Positions 37,047 to 47,760 of a stretch of DNA of 64,000 bases are shown here, piece by piece; position 1 is the stretch's first letter, and each line of letters starts with the position of its first letter. The stretch lies in contig JAPDFW010000091.1 of assembly GCA_028826165.1 (NCBI GenBank), positions 221,538-285,537 on the forward strand, in the 5' to 3' direction. A model generated the notes under the pieces. The model saw only the letters and a list, made by a program, of their open reading frames with translations, did not search any database and had not been told where the DNA came from. Made by a program: the position numbers and the translations under genes. This DNA comes from Anaeramoeba ignava BMAN (taxonomy: Eukaryota > Protista > Anaeramoebae).

Positions 37047-39104
37047 ATGAATAAAAAAGATAAATTTAAAAGAGTTAAAGGTGGAATCCCACAAAAATAT
37101 CCAAGACTAGTTGAAGAAAAAGATGGGAGACCATCTTATGCATTCAAATACGAAGAAAATGGAGAAACAATTTATCGATCTCAAATGTCAAAAGATGAAT
37201 TAATTGGGATTTGGAACAATTCCATTCATACTTTATATGAAAATTTAGAAGAAACAACAAAAACTTTCCCAAATCATCAACTATTTGGAACAAGAAAATA
37301 TGATAAAAAAACACAAAAATATACTGATTATGAATGGAAAACTTACAAGGAATTCAATGAGGAAAGAACTTATTTTGGAAGTGGATTAATCAATTATAAA
37401 TTGAAGAAAGATGACAGAATTGGAGTTTTTGCTAAAAATAGATATGAATGGGTTCTTGCTGAACATGCTGCTTATGCTTATTCTTTTCTTTTAGTTCCTT
37501 TATATCACACATTTGGTATTCCAAATATTCGTTATATCATCAATGATTCAGAAATCAAAACAATTATTACTGAAGTTAAATTTCTTCCGAAACTCAGTCA
37601 AATTTCCAAAGACTGTCCAACATTGGAATCAATTATTCTTCTAAGCGATAATGAAAAGGAATTGGAAGAAATTATGAAAGATAATAAAGATATTGAATCC
37701 TTAAAATCAGACAATATCAAGATTTTTCTTTTTGATGAAATTTTCGAATCGGGAAAGAAAAAACAGCATACGCATCAACCAAGCAAACCAGATGATCTTT
37801 GCTCATTGATTTACACAAGCGGAACAACTTCCCAACCCAAAGGTGTTTGCTACACACACAAAAACATGGTTGGAGTTATTGCTGGATGCTATTACATTGG
37901 ATATCCATTTTCAGACAAGGAATCATATTACAGTTATCTTCCTTTGAGCCATATTTTTGATCGTGCAGTGATTAACGTGATGATTGCTTTTGGCTCTCGT
38001 GTTGGTTTTTTCAGTGGAGATAATACACGATTATTGGATGAACTTCAACTTGTTAAACCAACCATTTTCATTGGAGTTCCAAGAATATTTGCCAAAGTGA
38101 CTGATAGTATCAAAGCAGGAATCAAGAAAAAAGGAATTTTCACACAATATCTTTTCAACGTTGCATATGAAGCAAAGAAAAAAGCGATTGAGAATGGAGA
38201 ATCATATGAATTATGGGATAAATTGGTTTTCAACAAAACAAAACAACTTCTTGGAGGAAAAATTGCAATCATTATTTCGGGAAGTGCTCCATTACTTCCG
38301 ATCCATCAAGAATTCTTCAAGGTTTGCGTGACTCCGCATATTTATCAAGGCTGGGCAATGACAGAAACAGGATCAATAGGGACAGTCCAAATTTATGAAG
38401 AAACTCGATTGAATGGTGTTGTTGGACCGCCAATGTGCAGCAATGAAATCAAACTCGAAAGTGTTCCTGAACTCAATTACTCAGTCAATGATTTCCCTAA
38501 TCCAAGAGGTGAATTGTTAGTCCGAGGAATCAATATCTTCTCTAGTTATCACAATAAAAAAGAAGCAACAGATGAAGTTATTGTTGATGGTTGGTTCCAT
38601 AGTGGCGACATCGTAGAAGCTCTTCCAAACGGTGATTTCAGAGTTGTAGACAGAAAAAAAAACATCTTCAAACTTTCTCAAGGCGAATATATTGCGCCTG
38701 ATGTTCTTGAAGGCATTTATTCAACTTCTGAGTTCATTTTCCAAATTCTTGTTTATGGAAATTCAAATGAAGATTATTTGATTGGAATTCTTGTTCCTGA
38801 AAAAGCTGTTGTGTTGAACCATTTTAATGATGAAAGAAAAGAAAATGAAGATGATGATTCTTTTTTCTCCAGAATTTGTCATGATCCTAAATTGAAAAAT
38901 TTGATTCTGGATGATATTTCTAAACTTGGAAGAAGAGAAAACAGATTTGGATTTGAAATTGTTAGAAATTTTATTGTTGAACCAAATCCTTTTTCAGTTG
39001 AAAATGAAATGTTAACAACAACAATGAAATTAAGAAGAAAAGTTATTGAGCAAAATTACAAAAAGCAACTTCAAGATTTATATTCACAAGGATTAAAAAA
39101 TTAA
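37047..39104 (+). CDS. ACSL: Long-chain fatty acyl-CoA synthetase, copy 2 (first ATG at 37047)
   Basis: Close paralogue of 17402-19468 with the same AMP-binding motifs. Confidence 0.95.
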   Translation: MNKKDKFKRVKGGIPQKYPRLVEEKDGRPSYAFKYEENGETIYRSQMSKDELIGIWNNSIHTLYENLEETTKTFPNHQLFGTRKYDKKTQKYTDYEWKTYKEFNEERTYFGSGLINYKLKKDDRIGVFAKNRYEWVLAEHAAYAYSFLLVPLYHTFGIPNIRYIINDSEIKTIITEVKFLPKLSQISKDCPTLESIILLSDNEKELEEIMKDNKDIESLKSDNIKIFLFDEIFESGKKKQHTHQPSKPDDLCSLIYTSGTTSQPKGVCYTHKNMVGVIAGCYYIGYPFSDKESYYSYLPLSHIFDRAVINVMIAFGSRVGFFSGDNTRLLDELQLVKPTIFIGVPRIFAKVTDSIKAGIKKKGIFTQYLFNVAYEAKKKAIENGESYELWDKLVFNKTKQLLGGKIAIIISGSAPLLPIHQEFFKVCVTPHIYQGWAMTETGSIGTVQIYEETRLNGVVGPPMCSNEIKLESVPELNYSVNDFPNPRGELLVRGINIFSSYHNKKEATDEVIVDGWFHSGDIVEALPNGDFRVVDRKKNIFKLSQGEYIAPDVLEGIYSTSEFIFQILVYGNSNEDYLIGILVPEKAVVLNHFNDERKENEDDDSFFSRICHDPKLKNLILDDISKLGRRENRFGFEIVRNFIVEPNPFSVENEMLTTTMKLRRKVIEQNYKKQLQDLYSQGLKN

Positions 39105-39119
39105 CTTAAATTGAATTGA

Positions 39120-40585
39120 ACTAAATAATAAATTAAATTAAATTAAATTCAAATATTCAATCAAAATATTAAATATTAAATTAAAATATTAAATCAAAAT
39201 ATTAATCAAAATATTAAATCAAAATATTAAATATTAAATCAAAATATTCAATTAAATATTAAATATTAAATATTAAATCAAAATATTAAATTAAATTCAA
39301 TTAAAATATTAAATCAAAATATTAAATCAAAATATTAAATATTAAATCAAAATATTAAATCAAAATATTCATTAAATTAAAATATTAAATATTAAATCAA
39401 AATATAAATATTAAATATTAAAATTAAATATTAAATCAAAATATTAAAATATTATTATATTAAAATATTAAATTAAAATATTAAATTAAAATATTAAATA
39501 TTAAAATCAAAATATTAAATTAAAATATTAAATTAAAAATAATTCAAAATATTAAATTCAAATATTAAAATATTAAATCAAAATATTAAATATTAAATAT
39601 TAAATATTAAATATTAAATATTAAATATTAAATCAAAATATTAAATCAAAATATTAAATATTAAAAATTATAAAAAATATTAAATATTAATATTAAATTA
39701 AATATTAAATCAAAATATTAAATTAAAATATTAAATATTAAATATTAAAATTAAAAATATAAAATATTTAAATATTCAACCAAAAAAAAATATTAAATAT
39801 TAAATATTAAAATATTCAATTAAATATTAAATATTAAATTAAATATTAATTCAATATTAAATCAAAATATTAAATATTAAATATTAAATTAAAATATTAA
39901 ATTAAATATTAAATATTAAATCAAATTAAATATTCAATTCAATATTAAATCAAAATATTAAATCAAAATATTAAATATTAAATATTCAATTAAAATATTA
40001 AATCAAAATTAAATATTAAATATTAAATATTAAATAATATTAAATATTAAATATTCAATCAAAATATTAAAATAAAATATAAATCAAATATTAAATTCAA
40101 TTAAATATTAAATTATTAAATATTCAATAAAAAATTAAATATTAAATATTAAAATCAAAATATTAAAAATAAAAAATTCATTAAAATATAAAATATTAAA
40201 TATTAAATATTAAATCAAAATATTCAATTAAAATATTAAATCAAATTATTAAATATAAAATATTCAATTAAAATATTAAATCAAAATATTAAATCAAAAT
40301 ATTAAATCAAATATTAAATATTCAATCAAAATATTAAAATATTAAATCAAAATATTAAATTAAATTCAATTAAAATATTAAATCAAAATATTAAATTAAA
40401 TTAAATCAAATATTCAATCTTAAATATTAAATCAAAATATTAAATAAAAAAATTAAAAATTAAAAAATATTCAAAATATTAAATATTAAATATTAAATAA
40501 AAATATTAAATATTAAATTAAAATATTAAATATTAAATCAAAATATTAAATCAAAATATTAAATATTCAATTCAATATTCAATTT
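39120..40585. repeat. Intergenic (AATATTA / AATCAAAATATTA)n low-complexity tract
   Basis: About 1.45 kb essentially lacking G on the + strand. Confidence 0.85.
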
Positions 40586-40716
40586 GAAATCAATTTCGTT
40601 TTAAATTTTGTTTTGATTTTTTCTTCTTTTTCTTTTAAAAAAAACAAAAAAATTTTTTTTTCAAATTTTTTTTTTTCATTTTTTTCTTTTCAAATTTAAA
40701 AAAAAATTTAAAAAAA

Positions 40717-42361
40717 ATGATAAAATTGTTTTTATTTTTTGAGTTAATAATTTTAATATCTTTCACAAATTGCATCATTTTTACTGTTCCAGCAGGCAAG
40801 AAAGAATGCTTTTATGATGATGCCAAAAAAGAAGAGATAATTACAATTCAGTTTCAAGTTATTCGAGGAGGAGATAAAGATATAGATTTATCTGTTTGGA
40901 ATTTAAAATTAAAATTAAAATTAAAATTAAAATTAAAATTAAAATTAAAATTAAAATTAAAATTAAAATTAAAATTAAAATTAAAATTAAAATTAAAATT
41001 AAAATTAAAATTAAAATTCATTTATAAAATTAAAATTAAAATTAAAATTAAAATTAAAAATTAAAATTAAAATTAAAATTAAAATTAAAATTAAAATTAA
41101 AATTAAAATTAAAATTAAAAAAATTAAAAATTAATAAAAATTAAAATTAAAATTAAAATTAAAATTAAAATTAAAATTAAAATTAAAATTAAAATTAAAA
41201 TTAAAATAAAATTAAAATTAAAATTAAAATTAAAATTAAAATTAAAATTAAAATAAAAATTAAAATCAAAATCAAAATCAAAATCAAAATTAAAATTAAA
41301 TTAAAATTAAAATTAAAATTAAAATTAAAATTAAAATTAAAATTAAAAATTAAAATTAAAATTAAAATTAAAATTAAAATTAAAATTAAAATTAAAATTA
41401 AAATTAAAATTAAAATTAAAATTAAAATTAAAATTAAAATCAAAATTAAAATTAAAATTAATATAAAAATTAAAATTTAAAATTTAAAATTAAAATTATA
41501 TTTAGATTTCTTCTCCAAATAATGATTTAGTTTATACTGGATTAAGAGAAGTTGAAGGTAAATATTCTTTTGTTGCAAAAATGGATGGCCAATATGCATT
41601 TTGTTTTGATAATTCTATGTCAAGTGTAACTCAAAAAGAAATTAATACAAATATTCAAATTGGAAAATTAACAAAAGATTCTGAACTTGCAAAGAAAGGT
41701 AGAAACAAATTTAAAATTAAAATTAAAATTAAAATTAAAATTAATATAAAAATTAAAATTAATATTAAAATTCATTTATAAAATTAAAACTAAAACTAAA
41801 ATTAAAATTAAAATTAAAATTAAAATTAAAATTAAAATCAAAATTAAAATTAAAATTAAAATTAAAATTAAAATTAAAATTAAAATTAAAATTAAAATTA
41901 AAATTAAAATTGAAATTAAAATTAAAATTAAAATCAAAATCAAAATTAAAATTAAAATTAAAATCAAAATTAAAATTAAAAATAAAAAGAGGATTTAAAA
42001 TTAAAATTAAAATTAAAATTAAAATTAAAATTGAAATTAAAATTAAAATTAAAATTAAAATTAAAATTAAAATTAAAATTAAAATTAAAATTAAAATTTA
42101 AAATTAAATTGAAATTAAAAATAAAAAGAGGATTTAACTCCATTAGAAAAGGGAATCTTAAATTTAGAAGAAAGATTAATTTCAATTTCTGAAGAACAGA
42201 AATATTTCAAAGTTAGAGAAAGAGTTCATAGAGATACAGCAGAAAGTTCAAATGCAAGAGTTTTATGGTGGTCTTTCTTTAAAACTTTATTAATTGTTGG
42301 AATGTCAGTTGGTCAAATTTATTTCCTTAGAAGATTCTTTGAAGTTAAAAGAAGAGTTTAA
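40717..42361 (+). CDS. TMED2: p24/emp24/gp25L cargo receptor, TMED2 (p24 beta)-like; exons 40717-40893, 41506-41698, 42129-42361
   Basis: Signal peptide, GOLD domain (ECFY...FQVIRGGDKDID...GQYAFCFDNSMS), coiled coil, RERVHRDTAESSNARVLWWS, TM helix and LRRFFEVKRRV tail. GT-AG joins are in frame; introns are (AAAATT)n. Confidence 0.9.
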
Positions 42362-42726
42362 AAAACAAAATTTTTTAAAGATTTTTTAAAGATTTTTTAA
42401 AGATTTTTTAAAGATTTTTTCACTTCTTTTTTTGCCTTTTAATTGATTGATCAATTTTTTTTCATTTCAAGAAAAATCTTTCAAAATTTTAAAAATCAAA
42501 ATTTAAAAATCAAAATTTAAAAATCAAAATTTAAAAATCAAAAATTTAATAAAGAAAGAAATTAAACAAAGATTGATTTTATTTTCATTTTTTTAAATTA
42601 AAAAATTGATCAATTAAAAAATAATTTTTTAAATTTTTTTTAAATTGAAAAATTTTTTTGAAACGTAATTCATTTTTTTCTTTTTTTAATTTTTTAATTT
42701 TTAATTTTTATCTTTTTTTTATTGAA

Positions 42727-45700
42727 ATGGAAAAAATACTTAATTCAATTCAAAATGATCCTGATCAAATAATTCTTGATTTACTTTCAAAAATCAAAAC
42801 AAATCAATTAAATCAAACCTTTGCAGAATTTGAAGTAGAAGATGGAGATTCAGAATACAACATTTTGCACATTGCGTGTTATTTAGGGAAAACAGAAATA
42901 GCGAAATCATTAATAAAACGAGGGATGAAACTGGATAGCAAAACAAGATATGAAAAAACAGGGTTACAAATAGCGATTGAAAAAGATCATGAAGAAATCG
43001 CAATTTTATTGGTTGATTCGGGGGCAAATCTAAATATTCTCACTTCATTGGGAAGCACAATGGCTCATTTAGCAACAAGACACTCACAAAAACTCACATT
43101 AACAAAATTGGTGGAAAAAGATGACAAGTTTTTCGAGCTTTTTGATTCAAAAGGAAGAACACCTTTAACACTTGCTGCTTCATTGGGGAATTTTGACATG
43201 ATTTTTGGAATTGTATCAATTTTTCGAAATTTGAGGAAATCAACTTCTGAAGACCAAATAAAGCAATTTCTCAATTCAAAAGATTGCACAGGCGCAAATG
43301 TTCTGCATTATCTTTGTTTATACGAAAATTTGGAATGTCTCGAAAAAATATTCAATTTGCCAATTGAGATTAATTCAGTTACTGCAGAAAATGTCACTGC
43401 ACTGCATTTGTGCGCAGCAAGAAATTGGGAAGCAGGCGCACAAGTTTTGATATCGAATGGAGCTGATCCAAATATCCCGAATCAAGAGGGAGAAACACCG
43501 ATTCATTTCTGCGCGAAATTTGGCTTTTTTTCGTTACTTTCTTTTCTCATTTCAAAAGGAGCAAACATCAAAAAAAAGAATAAGAAGTTGATGAGTAGTC
43601 TCCACTTAGCGTCCCAAGGCGGACACACAAAATGCTTGTTTATTCTCCATAAACACGGGCTTAATATTGAAGAGGAAGACTTTCTGAAGAGAACACCTAT
43701 TTTTTATTCTGTTCGTTCACCTGAAAATTTGGAATTCTTGAAAAATCTTCTTATTCTTGGTTCAAACGCAAATCATCTTGATTCTTCAAACAGAACTCCC
43801 ATTCAAATCGCGTGCAAATACGACAATTATCAAGCAATCGAACTTGTTGTCAATTTGGGGAAAGTTGATCCAAATAATTCATCTTTGAAAATTTCGCCTT
43901 TGTGTATTGCAATTAAAAAAGAGAACGAAAATAGTGTGAATACTCTTCTGAAATTGGGTGCTGATCCAAATTTAACAACAAAAGATGGTTGGAGTGCTTT
44001 GCATTATGCCTGCAAAATTAAGAACACAAAAATTGCGCGAAATTTGGTTTTATCAGGAGCAGATTTACAATTGAAAACACTTTATCAATCTAATATCTTC
44101 CATCTTTGTGCGTTTTATAATAATCCTCAAGTTCTCCAGTTTTTAATCAATCACACCTTACAATATTCAGTTTCGAATTTGGGAAACAATTCTTTATTTG
44201 AATCCCTTCTAAATGCACAAAACAAAGGGAAAGCAACACCAACACATATAGCAATTGCTCAAAATAATGGTGTTTGTTTGGATATGATTTTGGAAACTGG
44301 TGTAGCGGATCCTTATTTGGTTGATGCAAATGGTGATACACCTTTGTCTTTATCACTCAAATACAAACCTGAATTCCTTTCAAAATTGCAGAATTATCAA
44401 AAAGGATATAAAAAGAAGAATGATCAAAAAGAAGAGAAATCAATTTATCCAGAAATTACAGAAAATGAAACACCAATGCCTTTAATTCAAAATCAAAAGA
44501 AATCAATTTATCCACAAATTACAGGAAATGAAACACCAATGCCTTTAATTCAAAATCAATTACAGAACCAGAAACAACAACAAGAACAAGAAAACATTGG
44601 GAAGATAGAAGATACTTTACTAGAAAAAAGGGTTAACTATCCACATATTCCTAAAACAAGATATCAAAAAATTCAAACAAATCCACAAATTCAAACAAAT
44701 CAACAAATTCAAACAAATCAACAAATTCAAACAAATCCACAAATTCAAACAAATCAACAAATTCAAACAAATCATCAAATTCAAAAAAATCAACAAATTC
44801 AAACAAATCAACAAATTCAAACAAATCAACAAATTCAAACAAATCAACAAATTCAAACAAATCCACAAATTCAAAAAAATCAACAAATTCAAAAAAATCC
44901 AAACAAAAATATCCCATTGCCAGAAATAAAAACAAAAGATAACTTCTTTTTCTTAATAGATGATTTGATCAAAAAAACACCCCAAAATCCACTTCAAGAA
45001 AAATTGCTCGTTTTGAAGGATATTTTCCAAAATCGTGAAAATTCTCATCTTTCAATCACAGATTACAAACTCATTCTCGCAAATATTCATCAACATTATC
45101 AATCTAGAATTGAATTTGATGTGATTAAGTCTCAAATCTTGTATCTTAATGTCAAAATGAGTTTGTATCACTTTATAACATTATTTAATCAACCAAAAGA
45201 AACTAAAGATGAAGAAAAAGAAAATTACAAAGAAAACGAAATGAATCTTGAACAAAATTCAAATCTCAAACTATTTTGGTTTGATCCATCCAAAAAAAAC
45301 AAGAAAATCGAAAACGCAGTTCGAAAAGTTTGTTCTGATATTCAATTATTCACACGATTGAAACCGAAAAAAAAGAAGTTTATTAACCGATATCTCCGAC
45401 CCGAAATCACAAACAAAGAACAAGAACTCAATGTTCGAGTTGTTTGCAACAATCCAAGTTCACAAATCATCATTCCATTGATACGAAAAGAATGGAACTC
45501 AAACGTACCAATTTTAATATATTGTTCAAACACAGAAGCAGCAGAAAAATATGTGCAAACAAACAAGTTTTCCAATGTGTTGATTACAAATTCAGATCGG
45601 CAAGTTCGATTATTTTGCTCTTCAGGAATTGAGCCTCCGAAAAGATTAACAGAATCAAGTTTTGTAAACTCAATGAAACCAGTTAGTCTTGATATTGTTC

Positions 45701-46404
45701 AACAAACAAAGAAACTTCGAGCTTTATCAAAATTGCGAATTGAAGACCGACTATTTCTAACAATGAAAAGCAAATATCCAAAACAAAATTCAGGAGGTTT
45801 ATTTGCTTTTAATGAATTGAAAGATTTGATTGAAGAACTGCAGTTTTATGTTCATTTTGCTGTTGAAAATTATCCAGCGAATAAAATAGCTGAGATTTCT
45901 TCTTGTTTGAAAAATATCGGTTTATCTGTGTTTACTTATTCAAAGGCTATCGAGTTTGAGTACTTCCGTTTTCTTTTCGAAATTCTTCCTTCACCAGAAT
46001 CAACACGAGCAGTTTATTTTTGTGATACTGCCCAAAAACAGAACAAAAAAATCCAGAAAAAATGCAAGAAAGTTCATGTTCAAGTCAAATTCGCTCCTCT
46101 TCTTAATATCGAGAAATCAAAAGAATTTCTTGTTGATTTAGAAAAATCAAAAGTTGATCTGGTTGATTTCTTGCAAAAAATTGGTTCTCCAAATGTTTTT
46201 AACACAAGAATAATTTCCAATTTCAATAACGCTCAAGTTATTCTTCCTTTTCTTCGAAATGAACTTAAAAGTAATTTACCTTTTTTGATTTTTTGTTTGC
46301 CAGTTCAACTCGAAAATGCCAGAAATTTTGCTTCTTCTTTTGATTCAACTTGGGTAACAAGTAATTTTTCGATTGCTTTAAAATATTCAAAATTTTGTTT
46401 ATGA
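42727..46404 (+). CDS. Ankyrin-repeat protein with QQIQTN repeat and two C-terminal receiver-like alpha/beta domains (first ATG at 42727)
   Basis: More than 12 ANK motifs (LHIACYLG, GRTPLTLAA, GETPIHFCA, GWSALHYAC). The ORF track's upstream TTG start is unlikely in a eukaryote. Confidence 0.85.
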   Translation: MEKILNSIQNDPDQIILDLLSKIKTNQLNQTFAEFEVEDGDSEYNILHIACYLGKTEIAKSLIKRGMKLDSKTRYEKTGLQIAIEKDHEEIAILLVDSGANLNILTSLGSTMAHLATRHSQKLTLTKLVEKDDKFFELFDSKGRTPLTLAASLGNFDMIFGIVSIFRNLRKSTSEDQIKQFLNSKDCTGANVLHYLCLYENLECLEKIFNLPIEINSVTAENVTALHLCAARNWEAGAQVLISNGADPNIPNQEGETPIHFCAKFGFFSLLSFLISKGANIKKKNKKLMSSLHLASQGGHTKCLFILHKHGLNIEEEDFLKRTPIFYSVRSPENLEFLKNLLILGSNANHLDSSNRTPIQIACKYDNYQAIELVVNLGKVDPNNSSLKISPLCIAIKKENENSVNTLLKLGADPNLTTKDGWSALHYACKIKNTKIARNLVLSGADLQLKTLYQSNIFHLCAFYNNPQVLQFLINHTLQYSVSNLGNNSLFESLLNAQNKGKATPTHIAIAQNNGVCLDMILETGVADPYLVDANGDTPLSLSLKYKPEFLSKLQNYQKGYKKKNDQKEEKSIYPEITENETPMPLIQNQKKSIYPQITGNETPMPLIQNQLQNQKQQQEQENIGKIEDTLLEKRVNYPHIPKTRYQKIQTNPQIQTNQQIQTNQQIQTNPQIQTNQQIQTNHQIQKNQQIQTNQQIQTNQQIQTNQQIQTNPQIQKNQQIQKNPNKNIPLPEIKTKDNFFFLIDDLIKKTPQNPLQEKLLVLKDIFQNRENSHLSITDYKLILANIHQHYQSRIEFDVIKSQILYLNVKMSLYHFITLFNQPKETKDEEKENYKENEMNLEQNSNLKLFWFDPSKKNKKIENAVRKVCSDIQLFTRLKPKKKKFINRYLRPEITNKEQELNVRVVCNNPSSQIIIPLIRKEWNSNVPILIYCSNTEAAEKYVQTNKFSNVLITNSDRQVRLFCSSGIEPPKRLTESSFVNSMKPVSLDIVQQTKKLRALSKLRIEDRLFLTMKSKYPKQNSGGLFAFNELKDLIEELQFYVHFAVENYPANKIAEISSCLKNIGLSVFTYSKAIEFEYFRFLFEILPSPESTRAVYFCDTAQKQNKKIQKKCKKVHVQVKFAPLLNIEKSKEFLVDLEKSKVDLVDFLQKIGSPNVFNTRIISNFNNAQVILPFLRNELKSNLPFLIFCLPVQLENARNFASSFDSTWVTSNFSIALKYSKFCL

Positions 46405-46569
46405 ATGAGAACAAAACAAGAAAATGGATTTGGTTCTTTTTATTCTTCTGAGTAAATTCATAAACAAAACAAAAGCAAAACAACTTTTTTTTTCTTTTAC
46501 AAAAATGAATAAAAGTTCATCAAATTTTCCTTTTAATTTTTGTTGGAGATTATTTTTTAAATTTTCCTT

Positions 46570-47397
46570 TTAAATTTGATTATTAAATTTGAATTGGTAA
46601 ATATAATAAAATGCAACTAAAATTATAAAAAGAAATAACAAAATTCCCATTTGATTAAATTTTTTTGAAGATTTTCGCATATTTTTAATTTTTTCTTCTA
46701 AATGAACAATTTTGCGAAATAATTTTGAGTTTTGCAGTTGAGATTTAGCTAATTGGTGTTGAAGTTGTTCAATTTGTGAATTTTGAAACTATTTTTCAAA
46801 TGAAACGAAATTTTTACATTTTAATAATAAGAATAATAGAAATAATTGGAAATTTGATTTTTGTCTTTTTACCTGTCTTTTTGCAAAAATAATTTGAAAA
46901 TAATTCAGTTTTAAATCTTGAGAAGAAATTTTTGAAAACTAAAAAAAAAAAAAAAAAAAGTGGAACAAAAAAAAAATTTTTTTCGCATTTAAAAATTAAT
47001 TTAAAAATGTAAAATAAAAAATTAAAAACTTGATTTGAAATTAAATCTTCATTAATTTGAGAAGAATCTGGTAAATCTATTTCATGGAATTGAATGAGAA
47101 ATTGATCAGATTTTCTTTTTGATTTAATTGAAGGTGAAAAAAGAACTAAAATTAAATTTAATTAAAATTTAATAAAAAAATTAAAAAAATTAAAATTTAA
47201 ATTTAACTAAAAATTTCTTCAATTTGATTTGGAGAAAGTATTCCAATATGAGGTTTGATAAAATAAGTTTGAGGAGATGTTGTTTTAATTTTAAAAATAA
47301 TTTTTTGTGAAGATTTATTTTGAATAAAAGTGGAAGAAAGAAGATATTCATTAAAAGAATAAGGTAAATTTAAAACAGTTGGATTAATTGAAAGCAT
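46570..47397 (-). CDS. VAP/Scs2-like protein (MSP domain, coiled coil, C-terminal TM helix), about 4 exons
   Basis: FKIKTTSPQTYFIKPHIGIL (MSP signature). Later exons give DQFLIQ, a coiled coil IEQLQHQLAKSQLQNSKL and a TM GILLFLFIILVAFYYIY; stop at 46570-46572. Confidence 0.8.
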
Positions 47398-47760
47398 TTT
47401 TATATTATTAGATTAAAAAGAAAGAATTTGATGAAGATTTTATTTTAAAAAGAAAAAAAATGAAAAATAAAAAAAAAAATAAAATAATTTTTAATCAGTT
47501 TATATATTTTTATATTTATATATTTTATATTATAATATATTTTAATAAATATATAAAATTATATTATTATTTAAAAAAAAGAAGAAAAAAATTTTTTTTT
47601 ATTTTTTTTTCTTTTTAATTTTCATTTTTTTTTTTTAATTTTTTTATTTTTCATTTTTTTTCTTTTCAATTATTTTTTCCAATCGTTTTATTTTTGCTTT
47701 TTTTTTTTTTAAAAAAAAATAAATTAATAAGAAAAAGAAACAAAAGAAACAAAAATAAAA

